Assembly (NCBI GenBank): GCA_031372565.1
Contig: JANMLN010000012.1
Location: 1 to 45,160 of the forward strand
Reading direction: 5' to 3'
From: Gemmatimonadota bacterium
GTDB lineage: Bacteria > Gemmatimonadota > Gemmatimonadetes > Gemmatimonadales > Gemmatimonadaceae
Length of the DNA stretch: 45,160 nt
Part shown: positions 35,035-44,746 of the stretch, in pieces
How positions within the stretch are numbered: the stretch's first letter is position 1
How the letters are laid out: each line of letters starts with the position of its first letter
Program-made: the position numbers and the translations under genes
The notes under the pieces: generated by a model
The model's database searches: none
Seen by the model: only the letters and a program-made list of their open reading frames with translations
What the model was told of the DNA's origin: nothing

Positions 35035-36552
35035 CTAGCGCCCGCCCTCGCGCGCCTTCCGCACCATCTCCCGCACGTCGGCCCGCAGCGCCTCCGCATC
35101 GAACACGATCCCCCGCTTGATCGTGTACTTCACGCCGCCCTTGTGCACCATCGTGGCGCCCTCGGCCACCTCGATCCCCGTGCCATAGAGCGCCTTGAAG
35201 TTGTGCAGCGGGTTGGCATCGACGATCAGCAGGTCGGCGTCGAAGCCGACGCGGATGACCCCCGTGCTCTGCAGGCCGAGGGCCTGCGCGCCGTTGTACG
35301 TCGCGTTGCGAATGACCTCGAGCGGCGTGAACCCCGCCTCCTGCTGCATCTCCAGCTCGCGGATGGTGCAGAAGCCGTACAGCTGCCAGATGAATCCGGC
35401 ATCGGAGCCGACCGTCACGCTGCCACCCCGGCGCGCGTACTCGCGCACCCAGCGCATCCAGAGCTGGTAATTGTTGCGCCAGCGCACTTCATCGGCCGTG
35501 GTCCAGTCGAAGAAGTACGAGCCGTGACGCGCCGGATCGGCTTCGAAATTCTCGAGGAGCGCAGGGAGCGCGTAGTCCTTGAGCCACGGCTGTGACCGGG
35601 CCCGCGTGATATCGCGGTTGGCATCGTAGATGGCCAGCGTGGGGTCCCACACGACCTTGCGCGCGATCATCGTGTCGATGACCGCAGACAGTCGCGCCGG
35701 ATCCGCCTGTCGCCAGAGGTCACCGGCCCAGCGAAAGCGATCGAGTTCGTTGTCGTAGTTGTACGTATCTGGCCAATCCTGCCGCCCGCCGATCGCGGCA
35801 TCGGGAATCCCGTACCAATGCTCGATCGAGCGCACCCCCCAGCGCGCCGCGTCGAGCGCATTGGCGGCCTGGATCTTCATGTCGGTGGCAATCGGGAGGT
35901 TCTGCGCGCGCGCTTCATCCGAGATCGCCTGCCAGACATCGGGATAGTTGATGAACACCTTGAGCCCGGCCGCTCCCTTCTGCTTCAGGGTACGCACGAG
36001 CGTGCGCGCTTCCGCGGGCGTGGGAGCGCCGGCCACGGCGTAGGGGATGATCGTGGGGGCATTGATCCGGTTCTCGTCCGAGAGTCGCGCATGCGCCACG
36101 ATGGTGTCGATCCCCTCGGTGGAGCCGGGCTCGCGCACGGTGGTGATGCCATGCGCCAGCCACAGCTTGTACACGTAGTCACGGGGCATCGGCTTGCCGG
36201 CGCGCGTGAACTGGATGTGCCCGTGCATGTCGATGATGCCGGGCATCACGTACATGCCGGTGCCGTCGATGGTGCGATCTGCAGCCTTGACCGTCGGCGC
36301 GTTGGCGATCGTGCTGCCCGAGAACTCCTGCGCCCGGCTCTGCTGCATCCCGATGATCTTCCCGTTCTCGATCGTGAGATCGAGGGGGCCTCGCAGCGGA
36401 TTGCCCATGCCGTCGATCACCGAAATGTTGGTGATGACGAGCCGCCCCACGCGTTGGCCGATCGACGCGGTCGGCGCCTGTGCGGCGGCCACAGGCGCTG
36501 AGAGGGCGAGACAGGCGAACAGGACGAAGCGGTGCGCAGGCAGTCGGATCAC
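35035..36552 (-). CDS. Secreted amidohydrolase family protein
   Basis: GTG start 36552 with signal peptide, IDGTGMYVMPGIIDMHGH, GITTVREPG, IEHWYG, VGSDAG, ADLLIVDANPL. Confidence 0.88.
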   Translation of the reverse strand: MIRLPAHRFVLFACLALSAPVAAAQAPTASIGQRVGRLVITNISVIDGMGNPLRGPLDLTIENGKIIGMQQSRAQEFSGSTIANAPTVKAADRTIDGTGMYVMPGIIDMHGHIQFTRAGKPMPRDYVYKLWLAHGITTVREPGSTEGIDTIVAHARLSDENRINAPTIIPYAVAGAPTPAEARTLVRTLKQKGAAGLKVFINYPDVWQAISDEARAQNLPIATDMKIQAANALDAARWGVRSIEHWYGIPDAAIGGRQDWPDTYNYDNELDRFRWAGDLWRQADPARLSAVIDTMIARKVVWDPTLAIYDANRDITRARSQPWLKDYALPALLENFEADPARHGSYFFDWTTADEVRWRNNYQLWMRWVREYARRGGSVTVGSDAGFIWQLYGFCTIRELEMQQEAGFTPLEVIRNATYNGAQALGLQSTGVIRVGFDADLLIVDANPLHNFKALYGTGIEVAEGATMVHKGGVKYTIKRGIVFDAEALRADVREMVRKAREGGR

Positions 36553-36580
36553 GGTCGGCTCAGGAAGAAGAAGTCGGCGC

Positions 36581-38326
36581 CTAACGTACGCGCTTCTTGC
36601 CCGCTCCGCTGGCCCGCCCCGGTGCCTCGACCGCTTCGCCCAGGCAGCGGTCGCAACTGCCGCAGTTGGTGCGCCGATCTGCGCCGGGGTCGCCGAAGTA
36701 GGCGAGGAGGACCCGACGACGACACCCGCTCGCGTATGCATAGCGCTGCATGGCATCGAGCTTCGCGGTTTCGGCGGCACGTCGGCGATCGAGCGACTTC
36801 CAATCGACCTGAGGCAGAGTCGCGAGGAGCCGGGCGGCGGTGCCCGCGCGTTGCCAGGCCACGAACTGCAGCGCCTGCAGCGCGTCGAGTGACCGCGCGA
36901 TATCCCACGGAGAGCCCAATCCGGGTGGGAAATCGGCCAGGTCGACGACCGCACCATCGGCGACCCTGCCACGCGTGCCCTTCCAGAGCGCGCGCAGGAG
37001 GCGGAGTTCCCTGGACGCCGAGTCGGCAAACGTCTCGCGAATGCGCTCCGGTGCTGCGAGCAGCCGCACAAAGGCGCGCGTGCCATCCGTTGCCGCAGGC
37101 AAGAGCGCCGAGGCGTCGGCAAACAGGCGCAGCGCACGCTCGACGACCCGGACGTTCCCCTTGGGGATGGCGGCCGCGAGGTCCTCGGCGGACGCGCTCA
37201 CCGAGCCATCGGCCTGTGCCGCTGCACGCAGCTGCTTCCACACCGCCTCGATCTGCGGCCGCTCCGGATGGGCGCTCTTGATGAAGAACTCGTGCGTGAA
37301 CCGGTCGGGAAAGGCGTGCAGGAGCAGGCAGCTCGCGTGTTGTCCGTCGCGGCCGGCGCGGCCCGCCTCCTGGTAGTACGCCTCGAGGGTGCCCGGCATG
37401 GCGTGGTGGACGACCAACCGCACGTTGGGCTTGTCGATACCCATGCCGAAGGCGCTGGTGGCGACGATCGCGCGGAGCGACTCGCCCATGAAGGCGTCCT
37501 GCACGCGGGAGCGTTCAGCGTCCTCGAGTCCGGCGTGATAGGCGGCGGCCCTCACCTTCTTGCGGCGCAGGCTGTGTGCCACGCGCTCGACTTCACGCCG
37601 AGTCGTGGCGTAGACCACGGCCACGCCCGAGGGCATTTCGCGCAGCGCCACGGCGAGGGCGTCGTCCTTGGCCGCCTGCGTGGGAGCGGGGCGCACGCGA
37701 TACGTGAGGTTGGCACGGTCGAACCCGGCGACGATCACGTGGGCATTGCGGAGGGCGAGCTGGGCCACGACGTCCGTGCGCACCGCGGGCGTGGCGGTGG
37801 CGGTGAGCGCGAGCGTGGATGGGGCACCGATGGCATCGCGAATCGTCTTGACCCGCCGATAGCTCGGGCGGAAATCGTGCCCCCACTCGCTGATGCAGTG
37901 CGCCTCGTCGACGGCGAGCAGCCGGACCCCCGCGCGCGCGAGCCGGTCCGCGGTACGGCCGCTTTCGAACCGCTCCGGGGCGAGATACAGCAGCCGGATG
38001 TCGCCTCGCTCGACCTGCGCCCATCGGTCGTTGACCTCGCCCTGCGAGAGCGTGCTGTTGAGATAGGTGGCGGCGATGCCGCGTCGCGTGAGGGCGTCGA
38101 CCTGATCCTGCATCAGCGAGATGAGCGGCGAGAGCACCACCGTCAGCCCGCCCTGCACGAGCGCGGGCACTTGATAGCACAGCGACTTCCCGCCCCCGGT
38201 CGGCAGCACGACGAGCACGTCGTGTCCATCGAGGACCCGCCGGATGGCCTCGGCCTGTCCTGGGCGAAAGTCGTCAAAGCCGAAGTGGCGGGCGAGAATC
38301 GCCCGAGCGGTTGCCAGCGTGCTCAT
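36581..38326 (-). CDS. RecQ family ATP-dependent DNA helicase
   Basis: PTGGGKSLCYQ, VDEAHCISEWGHDFRP, TATAT, QEAGRAGRDG, C-terminal CRR..YFG..CGSCDRC. Confidence 0.92.
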   Translation of the reverse strand: MSTLATARAILARHFGFDDFRPGQAEAIRRVLDGHDVLVVLPTGGGKSLCYQVPALVQGGLTVVLSPLISLMQDQVDALTRRGIAATYLNSTLSQGEVNDRWAQVERGDIRLLYLAPERFESGRTADRLARAGVRLLAVDEAHCISEWGHDFRPSYRRVKTIRDAIGAPSTLALTATATPAVRTDVVAQLALRNAHVIVAGFDRANLTYRVRPAPTQAAKDDALAVALREMPSGVAVVYATTRREVERVAHSLRRKKVRAAAYHAGLEDAERSRVQDAFMGESLRAIVATSAFGMGIDKPNVRLVVHHAMPGTLEAYYQEAGRAGRDGQHASCLLLHAFPDRFTHEFFIKSAHPERPQIEAVWKQLRAAAQADGSVSASAEDLAAAIPKGNVRVVERALRLFADASALLPAATDGTRAFVRLLAAPERIRETFADSASRELRLLRALWKGTRGRVADGAVVDLADFPPGLGSPWDIARSLDALQALQFVAWQRAGTAARLLATLPQVDWKSLDRRRAAETAKLDAMQRYAYASGCRRRVLLAYFGDPGADRRTNCGSCDRCLGEAVEAPGRASGAGKKRVR

Positions 38327-38444
38327 CTCCGCAGTGTATCGCGTCGAACGTGCAGATGCCCGATTGCGTTACCACTGACAGCATCGTCCTATTGCGGTGG
38401 GGCAAAGGCTCCCCGTGCGCGTTCGAATTCCCCCCGCCATTGCC

Positions 38445-40700
38445 ATGCGGCCCGATACCATCCTCATCACGTCGTACATCGTGCAGGCGCTGCTCGCAGC
38501 GTCGTACGGCGCGGCATTCCTCGGCTTCTGGCGTCTCTACGGCCAGAACTACCTGCGGGATTGGTCGTATGCGTGGGCCGTGTTCGCGCTCTACGCCGTG
38601 GCGTCGGGCTCCGCGTACTGGCTGGCGACGGCGGGGCGCTCCCCCTCGGATCCGTCGCGCCTGGTCGCGTCCACGATGGCCATCGTGTGCGGATTTTCCT
38701 ACGCACTGCTGTTGGTGCGTGGAACGCGCACGCTGACGGGGTTCGCGCGGCTCTCTCCGCAACTCGTGCGCCTCCTGCTCGTGAGCGCGGGAGGACTTGC
38801 ACTCGCGATGGTGCTGGCCTCCGCCCCCGATACGGTCTCGCGAGGCACGCGCGTCTTTCTCCGGGTCACGGTGCTGATGACGACGATGGGCGGCGCCGCG
38901 GTGTATGCGGGAGTGGTCGCGTGGCAGGGGGGCGGGTCGCAGGAATGGTTTGGACTTCGGTTCACGGGGAGTCTGCTGATCGGGTTCGGCCTGAAGCAGT
39001 TGCTGAATGGCGTGCTCTTGCAACTGCCAGGCACCTTCGCGACGGTCGGTCCGTCGCTGACGGTGCTCGATGCGCTGTTTGTCCCGATCGTCGGGTCGTC
39101 GATGGCGGTCACGCTGCTCGTGATCGAGCGGGCGCGGGCGCGCGAGGCCGACGTCGTCGCGGCGGCGGCATCGGCCGCACTGCGCGAGAGCGAGTCGCGT
39201 TTCCGGTCGATCATCGACGGCACCTCCGACGTGATCCTGTCCCTGTCACCCGAGGGAATCGTCGAGTTCGTGTCACCGTCGGCGACGCGCTCGCTTGGCT
39301 GGTCCGTGGCACAGGTGGTGGGGCGATCGGCATTCGACTTCGTGCACCCGGCCGACGTGGCGGACACCCAGCACGCAATGCGGCGCATCCTCGCGGGAGA
39401 GCGTGGGGTCCGTGCGCAGGAGATCCGGTTACGCCGCACGGACGGGAGCTGGATGCTCGTCGAGGCGCTGGGCACCATGACGCCGGGGCCGACGGGGGAG
39501 CCGATGCTGGTCGTGACGGCGCGCGACCTGTCCGAACGCGTGGAGCTGGAGGCGCGGCTGCTGCAGGCGCAGAAGCTGGAGAGCATCGGCCAGCTGGCTG
39601 GCGGCGTCGCGCACGACTTCAACAACATCCTCACGGCGATCATCGGGCATGTGAGCATGGCGCGGCTGGGCGCGCCGCGTGATGCGCAGTTGCACGCGGA
39701 GTTGGATGACATCCAGCGCTCGGCCGATCGTGCGGCGGAGCTGACGCGCCAACTGCTGGCCTTCGCTCGGCGGCAGGTGATCGAGCCCGTCGTGCTCGAC
39801 CTCAACTCGCTCGTCGACGGCATGCGTCGACTCCTGGCGCGCGTCATCGGAGAACACATCACGCTGGCGACCGAGTTGAGCCCGGCACTCTGGTCCGTGA
39901 AGGCGGACCCCGCGCAGCTGGAACAGGCCATCGTCAATCTCGCGCTCAACGCCCGGGATGCGATGCCGGGGGGCGGCCGGTTGATGCTGACCACCGCCAA
40001 CGTGCACGTGTCGACGAGCGAAGCACAGGCGCACGGGCTGGCTGCGCCGGGCGATTTCGTGCGTGTCGTGGTCCAGGACAGCGGCGTGGGCATGGACGAG
40101 GCAACGCGGGCCCGCGTGTTCGAACCGTTCTACACCACCAAGGGGCCCACTGGCGGCACCGGGCTGGGGCTCGCCATGGTCCACGGCGTCGTGGCGCAGT
40201 CGGGCGGTGGCATCGCGGTGTTTTCATCGCCCGGAGCGGGGGCGCGGTTCAGCATTCTGCTGCCGTCCTACACGGGTCCGATCGAGGCGCGCCCCGCGCC
40301 CGTGGTGCCGCGCATCATCACGCCGGAGCGGGCCGCGACGATTCTGCTGGTCGAGGACGAGCCCCAAGTGCGGGCGGTGGCCTCGCGCGTCCTGCGGAGC
40401 GGCGGTTACGCGGTGCTCGAAGCGTCGAACGGCGCGGACGGCGTGGCAAAGGCGCAGGGGTTCGCGGGTCGCATCGACCTGATCTTGAGCGACCTGGTCA
40501 TGCCGACGCTCAGCGGGCCCGCCATGTGGAACCAGATCAAGGCCCAGCGGCCCGAGGCGCGCATCATCTTCATGTCGGGCTTCAGTGCCGATACCCTGCC
40601 CGACGGCGGCACGCTGCCAACGGATGCGGCGTTCATCGACAAGCCGTTCACGCTGGACGGATTGTTGGCGAAGGTCCGCGAAGAATTGCGCGGCGCGTAG
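38445..40700 (+). CDS. Hybrid sensor histidine kinase/response regulator (multi-TM, PAS, HisKA, HATPase, REC)
   Basis: About 7 TM helices, FVHPAD PAS, QKLESIGQLAGGVAHDFNNIL, NLALNARDAM, FEPFYTTK, GTGLGL, LLVEDE, DLVMP. Confidence 0.93.
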   Translation: MRPDTILITSYIVQALLAASYGAAFLGFWRLYGQNYLRDWSYAWAVFALYAVASGSAYWLATAGRSPSDPSRLVASTMAIVCGFSYALLLVRGTRTLTGFARLSPQLVRLLLVSAGGLALAMVLASAPDTVSRGTRVFLRVTVLMTTMGGAAVYAGVVAWQGGGSQEWFGLRFTGSLLIGFGLKQLLNGVLLQLPGTFATVGPSLTVLDALFVPIVGSSMAVTLLVIERARAREADVVAAAASAALRESESRFRSIIDGTSDVILSLSPEGIVEFVSPSATRSLGWSVAQVVGRSAFDFVHPADVADTQHAMRRILAGERGVRAQEIRLRRTDGSWMLVEALGTMTPGPTGEPMLVVTARDLSERVELEARLLQAQKLESIGQLAGGVAHDFNNILTAIIGHVSMARLGAPRDAQLHAELDDIQRSADRAAELTRQLLAFARRQVIEPVVLDLNSLVDGMRRLLARVIGEHITLATELSPALWSVKADPAQLEQAIVNLALNARDAMPGGGRLMLTTANVHVSTSEAQAHGLAAPGDFVRVVVQDSGVGMDEATRARVFEPFYTTKGPTGGTGLGLAMVHGVVAQSGGGIAVFSSPGAGARFSILLPSYTGPIEARPAPVVPRIITPERAATILLVEDEPQVRAVASRVLRSGGYAVLEASNGADGVAKAQGFAGRIDLILSDLVMPTLSGPAMWNQIKAQRPEARIIFMSGFSADTLPDGGTLPTDAAFIDKPFTLDGLLAKVREELRGA

Positions 40701-40730
40701 CGTCGAGGCGCCGAGGATTGCGCCGCGGAG

Positions 40731-43208
40731 CTACACCGCGCGCGCGAAGTGCCCGCGCGTGAAGTCGCCGTGCAGCGATTCGCGCACGCGTGCCGGATGC
40801 GGCGTCGCGCCGCGCGCGAGATCATCGACGAGCGTGCGATAGGCGGCGACGGTCTCACCCACCGTATCGCCCGGCACGTTGAACAGCAGCCTGAAATGCC
40901 GGATCCCGGCCTGCCACAGGCGCGGCGCCCATGCGGAGCCGTCGACCGGTCGTGAATGCAGCAACCGATTGCGGCAGGCCGAGTCGGTGGCGACCGGAAA
41001 GGTGTAGCCCGCCGGATCGGTCAGGCGCGTGTCCGTGTGCGTCCGCGTGCAGAGGTCGCGGCAGTGGGTCGGCGTCCGATCAAAGGCCGCCGAGAGCACG
41101 CAATGCTCGATCGTCATGCCCTCGGGACGGCCATGCAGCACCACATCGAAGCCCCGCCCATTCCACGGCGCGCTCACCTGCGCCATCTCGTCCGCGGTCA
41201 GTTCGATCGAGAGCGTGAGGCGCCGCGCGCCGAGGGCAAAGAGTTCGCCCGCCGCGTGCTGGTTGAACGCGTTGAGTGCGTAGTCGCCCGCCACGTCATG
41301 CCCAGCTCCGCCAAGCTCGGCGAGCAGTCCCAGATGCCCCGTCATCACGGGCAGGCCGAGGGCGAGCCACTTGTCGACGGTGCGCCGTTCTTCAGGTCGT
41401 ACGATCGTCGGGGTGCGCAGTCGGAGCGTGACCCCCTGCTCTGCCAGCCGGCCGGCCAGCGCGCGCACACGCGTGACGGGTGGCGTCGGATGGCGCAGGA
41501 AGAGGTCGAGCACGATTTCGTCGGCGCCGGCGGCCGCGGCGGCGTCGGCATCTTCGATGCGCCACACGTCGGCGGAGAGGATCGCGCGGTCATCCGACTC
41601 GCTGATGACACGCGCCGTCGGCACGGATGCAATCGCCCGCGCAATCGCGTCGGTGCGCTCCGCCATGCGCGCCTGCTCCGCCCAATCGCGATGCAGCATC
41701 AACTCCTCGACCGCCGCCTGGCGCACACGATTGAGTTCGCTGACGGGCAGGAAGAGGCCAGCGCCGAGGCCGCTCATGTCCAGTGCGGCGAGGCGGAACG
41801 GCGTTTCACCCAGCCGGCCGAGCTGCTCACGGAGCTGCGGGACGTCGAGGGCGCGCTTGCTCGCCGGAGCGAGCGGGACTTCGCTGCGCGCGGTGACTTG
41901 GTCACCGTCGGCCGTGGCGATCAGCTTGAGTGGACCGCCCGCGCTGCCGAAGAGGCGCATGTCGAGCCGAATGCGCGGTGTGTGCGCGGGCAGCGACGCG
42001 AAGCTCGCGCGCGCGCGCTCGAGGAGTGCGGCGTGCGAGCTGCGCACCACCACCCATCCGGCCGGAACACGCTCCCGGGCGATGATCGCCTGCTCGGTGA
42101 GCCCGTCGCGCGTGCCGATCGTGCGCACGGTCTGCACGGCGAAGCCAGTCGACCCGTGCGCGCTTCCCTCCGGATGCTCGAACCCCAAGCCGTCGCCCGG
42201 CTCGATGGGGCTCGTGACCGCCACGAACAGCTCCGTGCCCGCGCGGTCCAGCACGACGCCGAGTTCGCGGCCCCGATTGTCGGGCTGCGCACGCGTGATG
42301 TAGTCGCGTCCGGCGCGCCCACCATACATGCCACCCGTGAAGCCGCGCGAGTAGATCTGCACGAGCGGCTCGGTCTCGGCGTCGGTCGGCGGCGTCCAGG
42401 TGCCATCGGCGATGCGATCCAGAAACTGGCGATAGCCGTGCGTCACCGTGGCCACGTACTCCGGCTTCTTCTTGCGTCCCTCGACCTTGAGGCATCCGAC
42501 GCCCGCTTCGGCGATCTCCTGAAGGTGCTCCCACGCCCCAAGGTCCTTGGCGGAAATCAGGTAGCCGCGATCGAGCTCTGCACCGGACGTCTGGTCGGTC
42601 AGCACGTAGTCCTTGCGGCACGATTGCGCGCATGATCCGCGGTTCGCGCTTCGCTCGCTGATCATGCCCGACATGAAACACTGGCCCGAGTAGGCGATGC
42701 AGAGCGCGCCGTGCACGAACGTCTCGAGTCCCAGTTCGGGAACAGCCGAACGGATCGCGCGGATATCCTCGATCGTGTTCTCGCGCGCGAGCACGACGCG
42801 CTCGACGCCCAGGCCCTGCATCACGCGCGCCCCCGTGCCGTCGTGCACGGTCATCTGGGTGGAGCCGTGGATCTCGAGCTGGGGATAGAGCGCGCGAATG
42901 AGGCGCACGGCGCCGAGGTCCTGGACGATCGCCGCATCGATCCCCGCGTCGACCGCTTCGCCCAGGTGCACGAGTGCGTCGGCGAGTTCGGATGGCTTGA
43001 ACAGGATGTTGAACGTGAGATAGATCCGCGCGCCCTTGGCATGCGCGATGCGGCAGGCCTCCGCCACCTCGTCCATCGTGAGCTGCGCACCCTCATCGCG
43101 CGCATTGAAACGGTCAGCGCCGAGATACACGGCGTTGGCGCCGTTGGCGACGGCGGCACGCACGGCATCGAGCGAGCCGGCGGGGGCGAGGAGTTCGGGG
43201 ACGTTCAT
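40731..43208 (-). CDS. Peptidase U32 family protein, long RlhA-like form (Fe-S, probable RNA hydroxylase)
   Basis: PELLAPAGS, HGSTQMT, ETFVHGALCIAYSGQCFMS, NRGSCAQSCR, LKVEGRKK, DUF3656-like QLGRLGETPF, second degenerate barrel. Start ATG 43208. Confidence 0.88.
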   Translation of the reverse strand: MNVPELLAPAGSLDAVRAAVANGANAVYLGADRFNARDEGAQLTMDEVAEACRIAHAKGARIYLTFNILFKPSELADALVHLGEAVDAGIDAAIVQDLGAVRLIRALYPQLEIHGSTQMTVHDGTGARVMQGLGVERVVLARENTIEDIRAIRSAVPELGLETFVHGALCIAYSGQCFMSGMISERSANRGSCAQSCRKDYVLTDQTSGAELDRGYLISAKDLGAWEHLQEIAEAGVGCLKVEGRKKKPEYVATVTHGYRQFLDRIADGTWTPPTDAETEPLVQIYSRGFTGGMYGGRAGRDYITRAQPDNRGRELGVVLDRAGTELFVAVTSPIEPGDGLGFEHPEGSAHGSTGFAVQTVRTIGTRDGLTEQAIIARERVPAGWVVVRSSHAALLERARASFASLPAHTPRIRLDMRLFGSAGGPLKLIATADGDQVTARSEVPLAPASKRALDVPQLREQLGRLGETPFRLAALDMSGLGAGLFLPVSELNRVRQAAVEELMLHRDWAEQARMAERTDAIARAIASVPTARVISESDDRAILSADVWRIEDADAAAAAGADEIVLDLFLRHPTPPVTRVRALAGRLAEQGVTLRLRTPTIVRPEERRTVDKWLALGLPVMTGHLGLLAELGGAGHDVAGDYALNAFNQHAAGELFALGARRLTLSIELTADEMAQVSAPWNGRGFDVVLHGRPEGMTIEHCVLSAAFDRTPTHCRDLCTRTHTDTRLTDPAGYTFPVATDSACRNRLLHSRPVDGSAWAPRLWQAGIRHFRLLFNVPGDTVGETVAAYRTLVDDLARGATPHPARVRESLHGDFTRGHFARAV

Positions 43209-43317
43209 GGACGAAAGATAACCTCGTCCGGGTCCCGCTCCGATTCTCCGCGGGCATGGTCGCACGCGTTCACGCGCCCCGATTGTCGAGCGGGGATCCG
43301 CGCTGTATCGTGACGCG

Positions 43318-44706
43318 ATGCGCACCCTTTGGCGGACCTGGTTCACCTTCGAAGTGCCTGTTCCGCGCGCCCTGTTCCTCGCGCACGGAATCCTGCTGGT
43401 GCTTCTCAAATACGCGGGCGACCAGCTGCTCGTGGTGGCGGCCGGCGGGCGACTCTTTCCGCCAACCACCTACCTCGCGCCGCTCATTGCCGCGTGGTCG
43501 TCGGGCCAGGGGGTGCTGACGCACGCGGCGGGATGGCTGCCCGCCGCCATGGCCCTGTGGACGCTGCCGTTTTTGTGGATCGGCCTCACCTTCTGCGTGC
43601 GTCGCGCCGTCGATGGCGGCCATTCCGGCTGGTGGGCGCTGCTCTTCTTCGTGCCGTGGGTCAACTGGCTCCTGTTGGCCGTGCTCGCCGTCCTGCCCAC
43701 GGATGACACGACACCCCAGGACCTCTCGCCCTATCAACTGCCGCGCCATGGCGAGAAGCTGCCCGCCGCGCTGCTCGCCATCGCGTGGGGCGTCGGCATC
43801 GGCTTGGTCGGGACGCTCGCACTCGTCGGCATCGCTCAGGTGTACTCTCTGCCGCTCTTCTTCGGGCTGCCCGTCGCCGTGGGCGCGGTCACGGCGCACC
43901 AGTTCAACTGGCGCTATCCCGCGACGCAGCGCGAGACGTACGAGGTCGTCGCGTTCACGACGATCGCGTTGGGCGGCTCCTTCATCGCGTTCGCCATCGA
44001 GGGCGTGGTCTGTCTTGCGATGGCCATCCCGCTTGCCGTGCCGCTCGCGTTCGCCGGCGCCATCGTCGGCCGGCGCCTCGCGATGAGTGCGGAGCCGCCG
44101 GTGCGGGCGCTGCGAGCGCTCGTCTTCGTGCCGCTCTGGGTGGCGACCGAAGCGAAGGCTCCGACTGAACCCGCCTTGCGCGAGGTGCTCTCGGTCGTGG
44201 AGATCGCCGCGCCCGCCGACGTGGTCTGGCGGCGCGTCATCGCCTTCCCGCCCCTCGAGGCGCCCACCGACCTGCCGTTCCGCCTCGGCGTCGCCGCGCC
44301 CATGCGCGCACGCATCGCGGGCACGGGCGTCGGTGCGGTCCGCTACTGCGAGTTCACCACGGGCGCGTTCATCGAGCCGATCACGGTGTGGGAGCCAGGT
44401 CGCCGCCTCGCCTTCAACGTGGTGGCGCAGCCGGAAGCGCTGCGCGAACTGTCACCGTGGGGCGCGCTGCATCCGCCGCATCTCGACGGGTGGGTGACGA
44501 GCGAGCGTGGCGAGTTCCGGCTCGTGCCGCTCGCCGACGGACGCACGCGGCTGGAAGGGCGCACGTGGTATCGCATGCGACTGGGACCCGAGAGCTACTG
44601 GGGCATGTGGGGCGACTGGTCCATCCATCGCATCCACGAGCGCGTGCTGCTGCACGTGGCGGCCCTCGCAGAGGGTGACGCGCGAGCGACAGGCCTGAGG
44701 CGCTAG
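43318..44706 (+). CDS. Membrane protein with DUF805-like N-terminus and SRPBCC-like C-terminal domain
   Basis: VRRAVDGGHSGWWALLFFVP, multiple TM helices, VEIAAPADVVWRRV, GVGAVRYCEF, ITVWEPGRRLAF, TRLEGRTWY. Confidence 0.75.
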   Translation: MRTLWRTWFTFEVPVPRALFLAHGILLVLLKYAGDQLLVVAAGGRLFPPTTYLAPLIAAWSSGQGVLTHAAGWLPAAMALWTLPFLWIGLTFCVRRAVDGGHSGWWALLFFVPWVNWLLLAVLAVLPTDDTTPQDLSPYQLPRHGEKLPAALLAIAWGVGIGLVGTLALVGIAQVYSLPLFFGLPVAVGAVTAHQFNWRYPATQRETYEVVAFTTIALGGSFIAFAIEGVVCLAMAIPLAVPLAFAGAIVGRRLAMSAEPPVRALRALVFVPLWVATEAKAPTEPALREVLSVVEIAAPADVVWRRVIAFPPLEAPTDLPFRLGVAAPMRARIAGTGVGAVRYCEFTTGAFIEPITVWEPGRRLAFNVVAQPEALRELSPWGALHPPHLDGWVTSERGEFRLVPLADGRTRLEGRTWYRMRLGPESYWGMWGDWSIHRIHERVLLHVAALAEGDARATGLRR

Positions 44707-44746
44707 CTGTCGGTTCCAAGGAGGTTGTTCACTGAGGCATGACTGA

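Noticed and set aside
35035..37137. 700-aa ORF as a single gene, and other long N-terminal extensions in the ORF track (3157..4653, 13407, 22657..23472, 28666, 31061..31765, 40731..43469)
   Set aside because: The extensions overlap neighbouring real genes and lack homology-like sequence. Internal starts fit better.
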